Virus record (IMG/VR): IMGVR_UViG_3300037258_001099
Coordinates: 72,991 to 136,990 of that record
Strand: one strand, 5' to 3'
DNA from: a virus
Length of the DNA: 64,000 bases
Shown here: positions 1 to 12,900 of the stretch, piece by piece
How the letters are laid out: each line of letters starts with the position of its first letter
How positions within the stretch are numbered: the first letter of the stretch is position 1
Translations under genes and position numbers: made by a program
The notes under the pieces: generated by a model
What the model saw: only the letters and a program-made list of their open reading frames with translations
The model's database searches: none
What the model was told of the DNA's origin: nothing

Positions 1-87
1 CCCTCGTCTGTCCATAATATGGAGCAACTCTCCAAATCCGAGCTGCACGCCTACATGGTAACCCATAGTGTCAAAGGAAATAAATTT

Positions 88-681
88 ATGCCAAAAAGAG
101 CGCCATTCGTCGGCGATACCAAGACCTTCGCTTCCCCAACTGATAAAGAAACCACCTTTGTCATCAGGCGGCTCTCGATCCAGCAAGTCATGATCTACCG
201 CGATCGCAACTCCAAGGTCCGCTACATCACTGAGGATAACGATGACAACAACCAGAAAGTGGTCACTGAGCGCGATTACCCCGCAGGCTCGATGACCGTG
301 GATATTGCGGTGCTTGGCCTTGCCTCCTGGAACATCGCCGATCTTGCTGGCAATAACGTTCCTGTTTCTGAGGAGAACATGCTCAAGTATCTGGAGCCAG
401 AGGAGCTGGACTTTATCTCAGAGAAGGTTCTCGATGTCAATCCCATTCTCAGCAATCGGGGGAACCAGAAAAGCAAACCTGGAGAAAATGCTTCGCCCTC
501 AGATGGCAGCAGTGATGGAACAGATGACACACCGACAGTACGTCAAATACTGCCAGGAGACGGAGGTGGAGAAGGAACACTACGAGACTCACAGCTATCC
601 ACATCCGTTTCTCCTCATCTGGATGGAGGCCAGACGACAAGTCAATCCCATCACGGGAGCTATGAGTTATCCCGAACCTAA
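88..681 (+). CDS. Tail assembly chaperone (gpG-like)
   Basis: Directly upstream of the tape-measure gene; AAAGGA RBS before ATG 88; GGGGG run at 458-462 links it to an overlapping downstream frame. Confidence 0.7.
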   Translation: MPKRAPFVGDTKTFASPTDKETTFVIRRLSIQQVMIYRDRNSKVRYITEDNDDNNQKVVTERDYPAGSMTVDIAVLGLASWNIADLAGNNVPVSEENMLKYLEPEELDFISEKVLDVNPILSNRGNQKSKPGENASPSDGSSDGTDDTPTVRQILPGDGGGEGTLRDSQLSTSVSPHLDGGQTTSQSHHGSYELSRT

Positions 682-829
682 CAAAGGCTACCTGGAGCAA
701 GATGCCGAGCTGATGCTGGCCTTTGAGGTCCTGGAGGAGCTCTACGAAGAGCATGAAGCTGAGCAGGAACGCATGGAAGAGATAAAGAAGGCTAGATCAG
801 CGCATTTCGGGACCCAGCAGTCGGGATAG
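458..829 (+). CDS. Frameshift extension of tail assembly chaperone (gpT-like part of G-T fusion)
   Basis: Open frame 2 from the G5 run to TAG 829; helical acidic sequence (PNKGYLEQDAELMLAFEVLEE); usual G/GT position. Confidence 0.6.
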   Translation, partial: GGTRKANLEKMLRPQMAAVMEQMTHRQYVKYCQETEVEKEHYETHSYPHPFLLIWMEARRQVNPITGAMSYPEPNKGYLEQDAELMLAFEVLEELYEEHEAEQERMEEIKKARSAHFGTQQSG

Positions 830-837
830 GCCAACGT

Positions 838-853
838 ATTAAGGAAAAGTCGG
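838..853 (+). repeat. Dispersed motif copy ATTAAGGAAAAGTCGG
   Basis: Matches consensus TAAGGAAAAGTCGAT also found near 29739, 38618, 44487, 50296, 52091 and 60481. Confidence 0.75.
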
Positions 854-919
854 TTTCACGCACATTTTTGGAAAGGACAAGAGCAGTTCTTGTTCCCAGA
901 AGAAAAGGAACGTGAAACC

Positions 920-3900
920 GTGTCAACATTCGATTACAGCGCCTGGTTTGGATTTCGTCCCAGGATTTCATCCACAGCGGAAGGGTTTGCACGCATGCCA
1001 GACTATGATCCCTCTCAGTTTGCTCCCCGTCCTGTGTGGAACCCTGCAACAGGTAAGTGGGAAGATCCAAACAAAGCAAATCGCACAATCAACCGCAGAC
1101 CTACCATTGAGGCAGAGATTGCTGAGCGACAGCGCAGAGGATATTCTCTCTCTGATATTTCGCTTGCGCCACATGCTATCCCTCAAGGTGCCGCAGGTCC
1201 AGAGAAGTATCAGTCACCAGAGGAATGGAAGAAAGCTCAGAGCACCTTCCAGTCTGTACAAGGCGCTCTTGGAGCCTCCACTGGTAAACAAGCTGCTACA
1301 GAAGCCCTACGACGAAGTGATCTCAATAAGGCACTACGCCAGGGTCAGATAAGTACAGCAACTGCTGGCAAAGCTGCCATGATCACTGAGCGCATGAACC
1401 AAGAAGGGAAGCGTACACAGGCAGCGAACGAGGATCAGCTCAGAAATATGAGCACCCAGCCAGATGTAACGCCCTTCACCATCGTGCCACAAAAGAATCT
1501 TCCGTCACGAGCAAGCTTGCTCTCCCAGATGGAAGCTGCACAGCCCCAGGTAATAGCACTGCAACAGCAAACGCAGAAAAATGCCTCCGAGCTTATGGGC
1601 AAACAGGTAAAGATGCAGACGGTAAGTCAGTTCTTACCTGCCCTTTCACACGAGCAGCTTGGAGGGGTGCAGAGCAAGTCACAATATGTAGGGTTTCGTG
1701 GTGGTCCTGGTGGTGGCAAAAGTAAAGCGCTCATATCAGCCATCTTCAACAATCTGCTCAACCAAGGGCTCTCATCTGACGAGGCTGCTAGACTTGCCAA
1801 AAATACCATCTTTCTAAGCCAGACCAAATCAGCAGTCAGTCGCATGCGCACCAATATGGAAGGTGCAGAGCAAATGATCCCAGGCTGGGACGAGAAGGCT
1901 AGATCCGAGCAGATGATGACACTTGGCCGCTTTGCCATGAGTCTGCTTAATCGTAACCAGTCATCAGGCGGATCAATCTTACAGCAGATGGGGGCAGGTG
2001 ACTACAAGCCGCTCTACCAGGGATCTGGCGAAAACATTGAAGAGGAGATGGCAAAGCGCGAGCATGAGCAGGTTTTGAAGCGCGTGCTCACCCAACATGG
2101 TTACAATACTCGGATCAATAATGTAGGCCAGCTTGCCCAAACGATCGCCGAGATCAAAGGCACAAGCAGAGAGACTTTTGAGGCAGCCTACAAACGAGGG
2201 AAGTCTCTGCAAGACCAAAATAGTCAACGGCAAGTCATCCCCTCTGAGCAGGCGCTCTACTTGTATCAGAACGAGCTGCATAGAACGAAGCAGTATGACA
2301 TCAATGATGTGCCAGGAATGCTACTCAAAGCTTCGACGAAGAAGAATGTTCAGTTTCCGCGATTTGGCATGATTGCCAATGATGAGAGTCAGGACACGCC
2401 ACCCATTTATGGACAGCTCTTCCAGAAACTCCTTGGTCCATCTGGCCGACTCATTACGGCGGGCGACCCATCTCAGCAAGCGATCCGTCGCCCATGGGAT
2501 ATCGATCAGACCATGAAGAGTGCTGGAGCCAAAATCCATGAGCTGAGCATCAATTTTCGTACTGGCCGCCACAATGTCTCCAGTCTCAATCCACTGCTCG
2601 CAACCCAGGCCATGGCTGATCAGCCAAAGAGCCCATTCCAGGCTGCATTCAAAGAGCATGATCAACCTATCAGAACGCATGTGGAGGAAAATTTCCCTGC
2701 CATGCACCGAGCCATGTTTGGCAACTGGATGAAAGACATGGGTCTGACTCCAGCCATGATTGCCAAAAACATGCAGTCAGGGGTCCATCCATTCTCAAGT
2801 CCAGATGCTGGGAGTCTGCTTCCAGGAGATGCACCGTTCATCTTCCAAAGAGATGAGGAAGGTCGTGGTGCATTCCTCAAAGAGATGCGGTCTACGCTGA
2901 GCAAGCACATGGACGAGGCGATGCTTGATCGCTTCATGCAAGAGAACATCTCCAGCGAGCCACCTACCGCAAGCAATGTGATGTCTGCTCGTGCCTACAC
3001 GGTTGGTCAAGCTAGGTCCCATGAGTTCCCTGAAATTCATGGCGACGTAACTCCGCAAGGTCTCTGGCCTCCAGAAGGTCATATAGGCCAGATCTATACG
3101 ATGCAGTCAAGGGCTATTAATCAGCAGCATCTCTACTATTCTAAGAAGAATATGCCCAAGGGAACGCAGCATGATCTGGCTACCTCGTTCTTTGGAGGCC
3201 AAGAAGTGCCACATGGTTGGGACCAACTTATGCAGGCAGGAACAGAAAATCTGGTAGATCAGCAAGGTATGGCTGTCGCAGATTTACCAGAGGCGATGCA
3301 GTATGCCTATAACAGCCCACATGCCATGAACCTGGGGACTTCTCCAGAGCGGCCAACAGAAGACCCAGAGATGGTGAAGCAGTTTGTTGAGGAAACACTC
3401 TTTGCCAACAAGTTCTATAGTCCACCAGTTGACTCTGGATCTGGGCTGCTCCAGGGCAGCAAAGATGATCAATTTGCCGCTGACATGCGCACTTACGGTT
3501 TCAACGCCGAGATGCTCTCAGGGCAAACCAAGCGTTCTGTGATCTCACAGTCCAAGATGGAGATGGCAGCGCGTGCAGCCCAAGATATGATCATGAATGG
3601 CCCTGGTGTGGTCTCGCGGGGAGCAGCAACCTTCAACAGCGAAGGTGTCTGGCAAACCAAGCGTATGGGCAGGTCAGAGATCGAATCCGTTCCATCGCCC
3701 AAAGAGTTCATGGATCGTATCCATCAGATGGCGGGACCTATTCCAGCACGTCTCATGAAGGACGATATCGAGCGAGAAGCTTCCTCAGAGTTTCCTGAGA
3801 TCGATAATATCCAGATGAAGCCATGGGCAGGAAAGGAGCAATCTCAAGAGGCTGGTGACACGACGCAGGTCCGTCAGTGGATGGGACACGCACTTGCTAT

Positions 3901-6900
3901 TCCAGGGTTCCGCAATGTTCCAGAGATCATGGGCAGACTGAATGATCTACTCACTCATCCCAAGGTTCTCCAGTCGATCACGGGGCCACTTGGGAAGCTT
4001 GCTAAAAGTGATCCAAAGCTTGCTCAACTTCAGAAGCGGATCAATCTTGGTCGGCTCGATGGTCACGAAGCTGAGAAGATCAAGAACAGGATTGCCAGAC
4101 TTATAGGACTGGGTGCAAAAATCACACAGACTCAGCAAGTCCAGCTTTCTGCACTGCAATCGAAGATGAAGAAGGTTGGAGGAGAGCCTCTTCACCGGAT
4201 CATCTCGCGGGTAGTGACACCAACACTCACAGGTACCAACAAACCTAATCCGCTCTATCATGCAGGGTTTGCAGATCTACTTCATGGGGCCGCAGCAAAA
4301 CAGCTTCCCTGGCAGCATCTTGATCCAGACTTTGTGGGCTCGCTGGGAGGTAGGGCACGACAATTTGAAAGAGAGGGAGACACATCCAAGCGCCGTTTCT
4401 GGGGTGAGGCGGCAGGAAAATTTGAAGCATTTAGTTCCCAGGTGCATCCAGATGGATCGCCGCTCACAAAAGAGATGCTTGCCCACGCAGCTCCTCACGA
4501 GCGAGCACTTTTAGAGCGGATCTTCGAGAGCAAGCATGGTGGAGATATCCTGCCCTATAACCACCCAGATGTCGAGAGCCGCGTAAGCCAGTTTACCTAT
4601 CAGCGAGGCCTCGTCAATCGTGGCATGGTCTCTCCCGAAAACATGGCAGCAATGAAGCTTTCTCGTGCTAACTCCAGGCGTGCTCCTGGTGAGACGGAGT
4701 TTGCCAACCTCTACATGGCGTTGCAAGGTGGTCTTTCGGAAGGAAGCGGCTCTGGTATCGAAGACCCAATGAACACACTTGCACGGGGAGGAGGCAGATT
4801 TGCAAGTCTTGGCGCTGGAACGCGACTTGACTCTATGATCCAGAGACTTACGGAACTCTCTGATCCTGCTGGTCGTGTGCTCACTTCAGCCGAACGTGCG
4901 GGGTTTGCTGAGCAACTTGGGCAGGCACAGTATGTGAAGTCTGAGCTCTCCAGTCCTACCAACTGGCGTGATTGGGCGCATACCCTGCGGGCGGCAAGCC
5001 TTGCCTCAACTGGGAAAAACCTCCATGATCCAAAGCCCTTGGAGGAAGGAAAACCCAACGATCCAGTGAGAGAGCTTTTCCGCCACCGCGACCAACATGT
5101 TAAAAATGCTAGGTCTCTAGAAGGGCTGACAGGTCTCATCACTCCGCTCAAAGAGGCAACAGCACATTTACAAAAGACAGGATCACTGCGGCGGTCTCAT
5201 GTGGACGAGATCCTGAGAGCGTTTGGCTACGATCCGGCGGACAAGAATCTTACCGCGCTCCGAAAGCTAGAGGAGAAGAAAGGCTTTAGTAGCCGAGGCG
5301 GCCAAGATCCAGATCTACCAATGGCAAAATTGATCGGGCAGTTCCCAGACCAGATGAAAGATATGCGGGAGCAGCTTACCCGTGTGCCGATTATCCAGGG
5401 ATCGCAGCACTACACTTATATGGGAGGCGAGCCTGGATATGCCGATATCAAAAAAGCACAGCAGGGTATTCCCTCTGGGATCATGGGAACGCTGCATCCG
5501 CTTCCTAAAACAGATGAGACTGGGCCTGAAGAAGAATTTGGTCTCTCCAAAAATGTCCAGTTCCACATGAGTCGGGACATGTTCTCCAAATCCGATCTGG
5601 GAGTATTCAACCCAGAGAAGGCCAAGAGATTACCAGAGCATGTTGCAAATATGGATTATGCGCCACTCATGCAATTTGAAGGAATGCACCAGGGCAGCCA
5701 CGTAAGCTTTCCAGTTCACCCAGAGCAACTTGCTCTTGCGGACACCAGTGGCCTCGAACAGGAAAAGGGTATCCAGGATCTCTTCAAACGTGCTAGGTGG
5801 ACAGGTCTCAGATGGAAGGAGCAAGATCAAAATAAAAAGCAGATAGAGGTATTGCGTCGGTCAGCAGACGCTAAGCATAGAAAGGAGCATCCCCTCTTTA
5901 CGCCAAGGCAGCTTGCAAACCCTCGGGGATATGCTAGTTCCTTTGGAGTTGATCCACGGACACTCCCGCCAGCGTACAGATCACACATAGGAGGGCAAAT
6001 TAACTCTCCAAGCAAGGTCCTGGCGGCAGCGCAGGTAGCCCAGCACAGCCAGGGTCAGATGGCACGAGGGCTGGTGGGAATGCAGCAGCCAGTGCCAGAG
6101 CCCATGCCGTCTTATCGTGGATACCAGCTTGGTGGAGATTTAAACGAAGCGGCCATTGACTCGATCATTCGCAGCCAGCAGAAGAAGGAGCTAGAGGCAA
6201 ATACGGCAGAGACACCTGAGTTTGGGCCAGTTGATCCAAATTTGCAGCCGATGCTTCCTGGCTTTGGTGGAGGCGGGGGAAATCTTCCCCCAAGGCCACC
6301 ATCGGTTCCTACACCAGAACCAGAAAACGATCCCAGTAGAATGTTCTCGGCTTTGTCTTCTCCAGAATTGGAGAGGGCACAGCCTTTTCTTGCGCATCCC
6401 AGATTCAACCAGCTCTACAAAACTTTCGAGACAGGACGGCTCTTTGGAAGACAAGTAACGTGGCAAGGGCATCTTGAAGATGAGCACGCCTTTAATCTGC
6501 GTCATCCAGAGCTCCATAAGAGTGATCTTGAGCTAACGAGCGGCCTCTTGGGGAAATCAGTTCCTCCGCCTCCACCTGATGCATCTACCATGGCTCCACG
6601 GCAAAGACAAGAATCATCCGGCTTGCGCCAAAGAATGATGGTTCAACATGCATCTGGTCTGGCACAGGCAAGAGATAGGAAAAACGATCCGCTGCTCGCA
6701 ACGATTGGGCAGCATATTCCTGCCCAGGTGCCACTAGCACCAAGCCAAGGGGGAATTCCACCCCACGACATGGCTCAACTTCTTACACATCTACGCAGCG
6801 GGAAACAGTCCTCTGATATCGCCCTGGCAAAGCAATACGGCAAAGCGCCGATGCAATACCTAGGTAGTATTTCCGGTAATCAGAAACCATTACCGGAAAT

Positions 6901-9900
6901 TGCAGCAGTAGCTCCTGGCGCGAGAGGGTCCTGGGATGAAGATTCGTATGGCTTCCCAGCAGAAGCTCCTCCTGATGACCTTTCTATGGGTGACGAGGAA
7001 ATGTTTGAGTTTCACCAAGCTCTGGGTCAGATGGATGCGTTCGAGTCACCTGCAAAAAAAGCTACTCCAGCCCCTGTAAGTCCAACGCCTATTCCTGCTC
7101 CTGCCTCAGCGGGGCCAGCGTACCAACTCTCTCACTTGCCAAAGCTGATGCGATCACAAAGGCGCACCCTTATTAGAGGAGGCCAGATTCACCCCTTTGA
7201 GGAAGGAAAGCCTGGCATTGGTGTTGGAGGAACCAATCCTGAGCAACGTGATGTGTTAAATGCTCCTGATCGCCGCATGATTGTGCAAGGTGGGCCTGGC
7301 ACGGGCAAAACTGAGACCATGATCATGAAGATCGCGGACCTGATTGCTAAAGGCCATGTCGACCCAAGCCGTATCATGGCTTTCTCTGGTATGCACTCAG
7401 GTGTCTCTGAGCTCAACACCAGGATGAGCAAATTCTTGCAGCCATTACTTCCCCATGGAGAAGAGCACAAGCTTCCTGCGGCTCGTACACTGCACTCTCT
7501 AGCCCATCAGGTCCTCTTCCAAAGAGGCAAGCCAAGTCCAGCACTGGGTGGCATTGGACTTGGTTGGATTAAGGGGGTCATGGGTAACCCAAGCGAGGAA
7601 GAGCTCGCAAGGCAAACTCCAGAGACCCAGGAAAAGCTCCGCGACCAGCAACGTCAATTCTTGCACGGGGCTATTAAGCAAAACTTCCCGAAAGCCAAAT
7701 GGCTTCCAAGCACACCAGACGAGCTTGATCGTGTCATGGGGGATATCAAGAAATACAAGTCTAGTCGCACTGGAGAGGACCCACTTTACGATAAGATGAT
7801 AAAAAAAGGCCTTGGGGATATTTCTCATGGCAAAAAGTTCACCCATGCCGGAGCCCTTGCTGTCTATGAGCAATCTGTGGCGCAGACAGGCAACATTGAT
7901 TTTGAGGATCTGATCACCTACGGCAGTTCTGCTCTTGGCCGTCTCGGAAGCGAAGCTATCCCGCAAGGTGTTGAGGGAACGCAGCTCCTCGCCTATGACG
8001 AGGCGCAAGACGCCAACCGAGAGAACCTGGGATTTGTCTCCAATCTCGTGAGTGCTCTTGGACCAGAAACACATGCAGTTGTCGGTCTTGATCCACTCCA
8101 GTCGCTTTTTCAGGGAGCTGGAAGCCTGCCTGGAGAGCATATTGTGCCAGCCATTCAGCAGATGCTGGGTGGAGCAGGACACATTCAGCTTCGCGGAAAC
8201 TATCGCAGCTCCATGAAGGATGTGGCGCTCTCCAATTCGATCTTACAAATGCATGCCATGAGCGGAAAGAAAGGACTTTCCCCACTTCAGGTCCCCTATT
8301 CACAGAAGCTTGGATCAGAGCCAAGCTTCATGCTTAGAAAATCCCAGCCTGAGCTCTATAAGAAGATGTTTTCCTCTATGCTTGCCCATGCTGGTGTCTC
8401 TCCAAAAACCATGCGAGAAAATATTTTGGCTGGAGAGCATCCCTTTAAAGGAGTGGACTGGAACCAGCCAGACAAGATTCGGCCAGGGGAAATGCCTGCA
8501 CTTTTTATGATGAAGGCGCAGCGCTCACTCTTTGAGCATATTGCCCCATCAATCATTCAGGGGCTTGATCCAGCGGGCAAGATTGATCCTGAGATGGCAA
8601 AGAAAGCCTTTGGGCAGATGTATCGGCCAGGTCTGCCTGGCAAAGCCGCAAGCGATGAAGAACAGACTATATTTGCCAATAAGCTCGCATTCCGAGGACT
8701 CACCGTGGGCCAGAGTAGAGGACTCTCCTTTGAGAACCCACATATGGATGCCTCCCCCGTAGGGGAATGGCGGCGTCCTGGGGAGAAGGCTGAGGAGTCG
8801 TACTTGCACAATCTGGGAGTCATGGTTTCTCGCACAAAAGAGGGTGGACGCAGCTTTATTGGGGCGGCAAGCACCCCGTTTTCTGGCGATCAGATGAAGG
8901 ATTTTGTCCAGACACAAGGAAAGCACTACCGCGAGACCTCTCCAGAGTCACATAATCGTGGATCGGTATGGTATGGGGAACCTGGCTCTGATCCGCTATC
9001 TGTCCATCCCCGCAATGAGTTCGATACCCACGAAGGTCAACCAGTAGCACACTACTTTGGCGAGATTATGGGACTCCAGAAGAAGCAGGTAGATGACTGG
9101 AAAGCGATGAAGAATTCCCCTGCCCAAGCGGCTGTTCCAGCACAACTTGTCTCGCAAGAAGCAGTTGCCGCATCACCCCCTAGAAAGCAAGATCTTGCCA
9201 AGACAGCTCTGTCTGACCTTCAATCACGTGCGCCATCTGGCAGGAGTGCTCAAATAGAGTCGCTGCTAGCAAAGACGGTTGCATCGCCCCACGCGTCAGA
9301 TCCTAGCCAGCACGCAATGGTCGGTCAACTCCACACAGAGTTTGCCAAACTTGGTGGCTCAGCTTCCTGGTCAGATTTCATGAAAGCAAAAGCACCAGAG
9401 ATTGAGAATCTAGCAGGACCACAAAGCCCTGTGACCAAGCTTGCTCAAACAATGGCCGCATCCCCTGATAAATATGCGCCTGGATCTACGGCGATATCAG
9501 CCAAAGATGTCACCGTCAATGCTGCCGCCAATTCCAAAATCACCGTTGCAGGGGGCGCACAGGTTGATGTGATCCGAGCAAGCACGCCTCCTCTCGCCTC
9601 TATGGCAGCAGTAGGTAAAGGCGCATCGCCCGTGAGCTCCACCATTGCCAAAAATACACCAATAGAGGACTTACCTCTCTCGGGAGCAACTCCTGTCACG
9701 CGTATTAGCCGCAATCCTTTTGCAAGCACTGGAGGCATTCCGTCTACGTCAACAACGACAGTGGCTCAGGTCACAGGTGGTGCTCCTTCTGGGACAAGTG
9801 TTGGCGCAAGCACAGTAGGTGGGCCATCATCTAAAGGTGGCATTGGCTCGTTGGTTATCCACCCAGGAGCATCTGTTGGCGCTATCAACGTCTACGGAGG

Positions 9901-12900
9901 TGGACCAACTACGGGCGGAGGCGGAGATGGTGGGGACAAAGAGCCGCCAAAGACCACGCTTGCGAAGTTCTCCGACGGGCTCACGAATACTGGTCGTACC
10001 TTCGCTCGTATTGGGCAGGAGATGCAGTACTTCGGGCAGCTCTTCAATGATGTTACGCAGAAGGCACTTGAGCAAGGATCAGACTATAGACTTGCCTCTG
10101 GGACATTTAAAGCATCTGGCGCAACCGCTGACAGGGGCTTCTACGACTTTGCCAATCCTGCGAGCGGCATCTCTCAGATGCAGACGAATAGCCTGCCGAT
10201 GTTCTCCAAGACCGATATTGCACAAAATCTCCAAAATGTAGCAGGCATGGTAGGAGGCCAGCTTCCACCTTCTGGGACGTCAACGAGTATCATGCAGCTT
10301 GCAGCACTAACTGGGGCAGATCCGACACAGCTTACCTCTCAGATAGGCTACATCAGTGGCTCGATGGGACAAGGGATGACCGCTACACCTGCAATCGAAG
10401 GATACACGGGGAGCCTCTATCACGGCCAGGTAAACGCAACCAACCTTGCTCCAACGCTCCAAGCGGTCTCCTCGGCGCTTCCCAGCATGCAAGGGCTCAC
10501 ATTTGGACAAGGCAACAATCTAGGAGCCTTCTACGGCCTCATGAATGCGGCTCAAGGCGGAGGCATGACAGCGGCCAATATGCCCGATGTCTCTGACCTT
10601 ACGAATTCTCTGGCTCAAGTAGGCACTGCGCCTAATCTCAATCAGCAGGCAGCACTCAATCAGCTTTTCCCAGGACAGCTCACAGGCGGTGCCCAGCTTG
10701 CCCAGTTCCAACAGCAACAAGTGGGAATGAGTGAGCAGGCAGGAGAGCTTGGTCTTCAGCAGCAGTTCAATGTGCCAGGCCTTCAGATGCAGATTGGCAA
10801 TGCCAACGTCGCGATGCAGCAGGCTAATGTTGATCTCGGGCAGATCCAACAACAGCAAGGCTATGCCCAACTTGGCCTCTCTCAGCAAGAGCTTGGATCA
10901 AGCCAGGCGAACCTTGATTACCAGAGAGACCAGCATGACTATCAGCAAGCCAGCCTGAACTATCAGAAGCAGCAGCTTAATTATAGTGAGGCACAGCTTG
11001 GCTATTCCCAGCAGCAATTTCAATATAGCCAGGCTCAGTACAGCCAAGCGCAACTCCAGCAGCAATATGCGCAAGCGAGCTTTACCCAGCAGCAATATGT
11101 CCAGACACAGGAGTATGGCCCCATTGGTGCCGACACTGGACGGCAGAGCTACTTCGATTTCATGCGTAATCAGCAAGCGGCAGGATACAACCCGCTCTCC
11201 GCTGAAACTGGGACCCAGTTCAAGCCGTCAGCGCCTCAAGGTATCCAGAACATGCAGTTCTACGCAGGGATTGAGAACCAGCGTCAGATGAGCATCCTCT
11301 CGCGGTCACCGCTGCTCTCAGATGCTGCATTTCAGCAACAGCAAAAATACTTAAACGAGCAAGAGGCCTTCTATAAGGAGCAGCTAGACTTAACAAACGA
11401 GCAGCGTACCTTTGACGTGACCTGGGGACAGAAGATGCTCGACTCCCAGCAGAAACTCCTCGACCTACAAGGGCCACTGCTCACTACACAGAAGAAGCTC
11501 CTGGATATGCAGCAGCCAATGCTCGATACCCAAAAGAGCCTGCTGAACCAACAGCAAGGGCTTCTCAACACTGAGGGGCATCTCCTCGATCTCCAACAAG
11601 GCATTCTGGATACCCAAAAAGGCATGCTTGTCTATACCCAGGAAGCCCTTGATCAGCAGGGCAAAATCCTGGGTATCCAGCAGACCCAGGTGGGCCTTAC
11701 AGCGCAGATGAATGATTACCAAAATGCTCAGCTCAAGCTTCAACAAGCGTATCTGCCAGCCCAGCTTGGGGCTCTTCTCGCAGTCCAGACAGCCATGGAG
11801 CAGCAAATTAATGGACAAGGCCCTGTCAATGGCACAAATCCCACGCCACAGCAGATCATTAAGCAGCTCTCTCTTATCCAGAATCCAACCCAGCAACAGG
11901 ATATTATGCGCAACCTGGGACTGCCTCCCAATCAGGTAAATACCCTGCAAACTATCCTCAATGGTATGAAGAAGGCTGGCGGCTATGATGCAGCCATGAG
12001 TGGGGTTTCCCCTGCCGACAAAAGCATCCAGGCGCAGGTGAACAACCTCATCAAGTCAGGAGCCTTTGCTGGACAAACAAATCAAGCTGCACAGTCTGAC
12101 ACCTCGCTCCTGCTTGGTGGCACAGCAGCGCAGTGGACAAAGTTCACGCAGGCTTTTGATACGGCCAACAAATATGCAGAGCAAACAGCAAACGCTGCAT
12201 CCTCCATCAACGACTATATCAAGGGCTGGGGAACCTTCTTTTCTATGGCTGGTCCTGCCATTGTTGGCATCGGCATGCTGCTCCAGGGTCTTGGGCTTGG
12301 CGGACAGGCACTGAACTTCTTTACATCAGGAGGTGCCTCTGCTGCTGCTGGCGGGGCTGCAAGCTGGGTAACACAAACAGCAGCTCCAGCAGTCGCCTCG
12401 GCGGCATCAACAACGGCAAGCGCAATCTCGTTAGCCCTTACCACTGCTGCCCCTATCATCATTCCTCTGGTTATTGCTGCTGCCGGAACGGCAATTATAA
12501 CATTCGCATTAAAGTGGCTTGGGGATCAGGCATCAAATATTAATCAGCAGAACTTTAACAACCCAAAGAATGCAACCTCAAATCTTCCGTCGTGGCTTCA
12601 GTGGCTTCCTGGCAAAACAGCTTCTCCACAAGTTGTTGCTTCTGCGCAATCGAAGCAAGATGCGTACCGAGCCTCTCACGGCGGAAAAGACATGCCGATG
12701 CCTGATGAGAGTCCGCTCGCCAAGGGAACGCTTCTTGGGGATGCCTGGAGCGGTATTAAGACAGGCGTAGGCAACGCCTGGAATTGGCTGACAGGTGGAA
12801 ACAACAAAGCTGAAGCATCTCCCGCTCCAGCAAATCCCAAAGGACATGACTTTGGGGCACAACCAAATGCACCAGTGATACCCACGCCACCATCGGTATC

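Noticed and set aside
19-87. Upstream ATG 19 for the chaperone, and TTG 890 for the tape-measure gene
   Set aside because: Better Shine-Dalgarno spacing at ATG 88 and GTG 920
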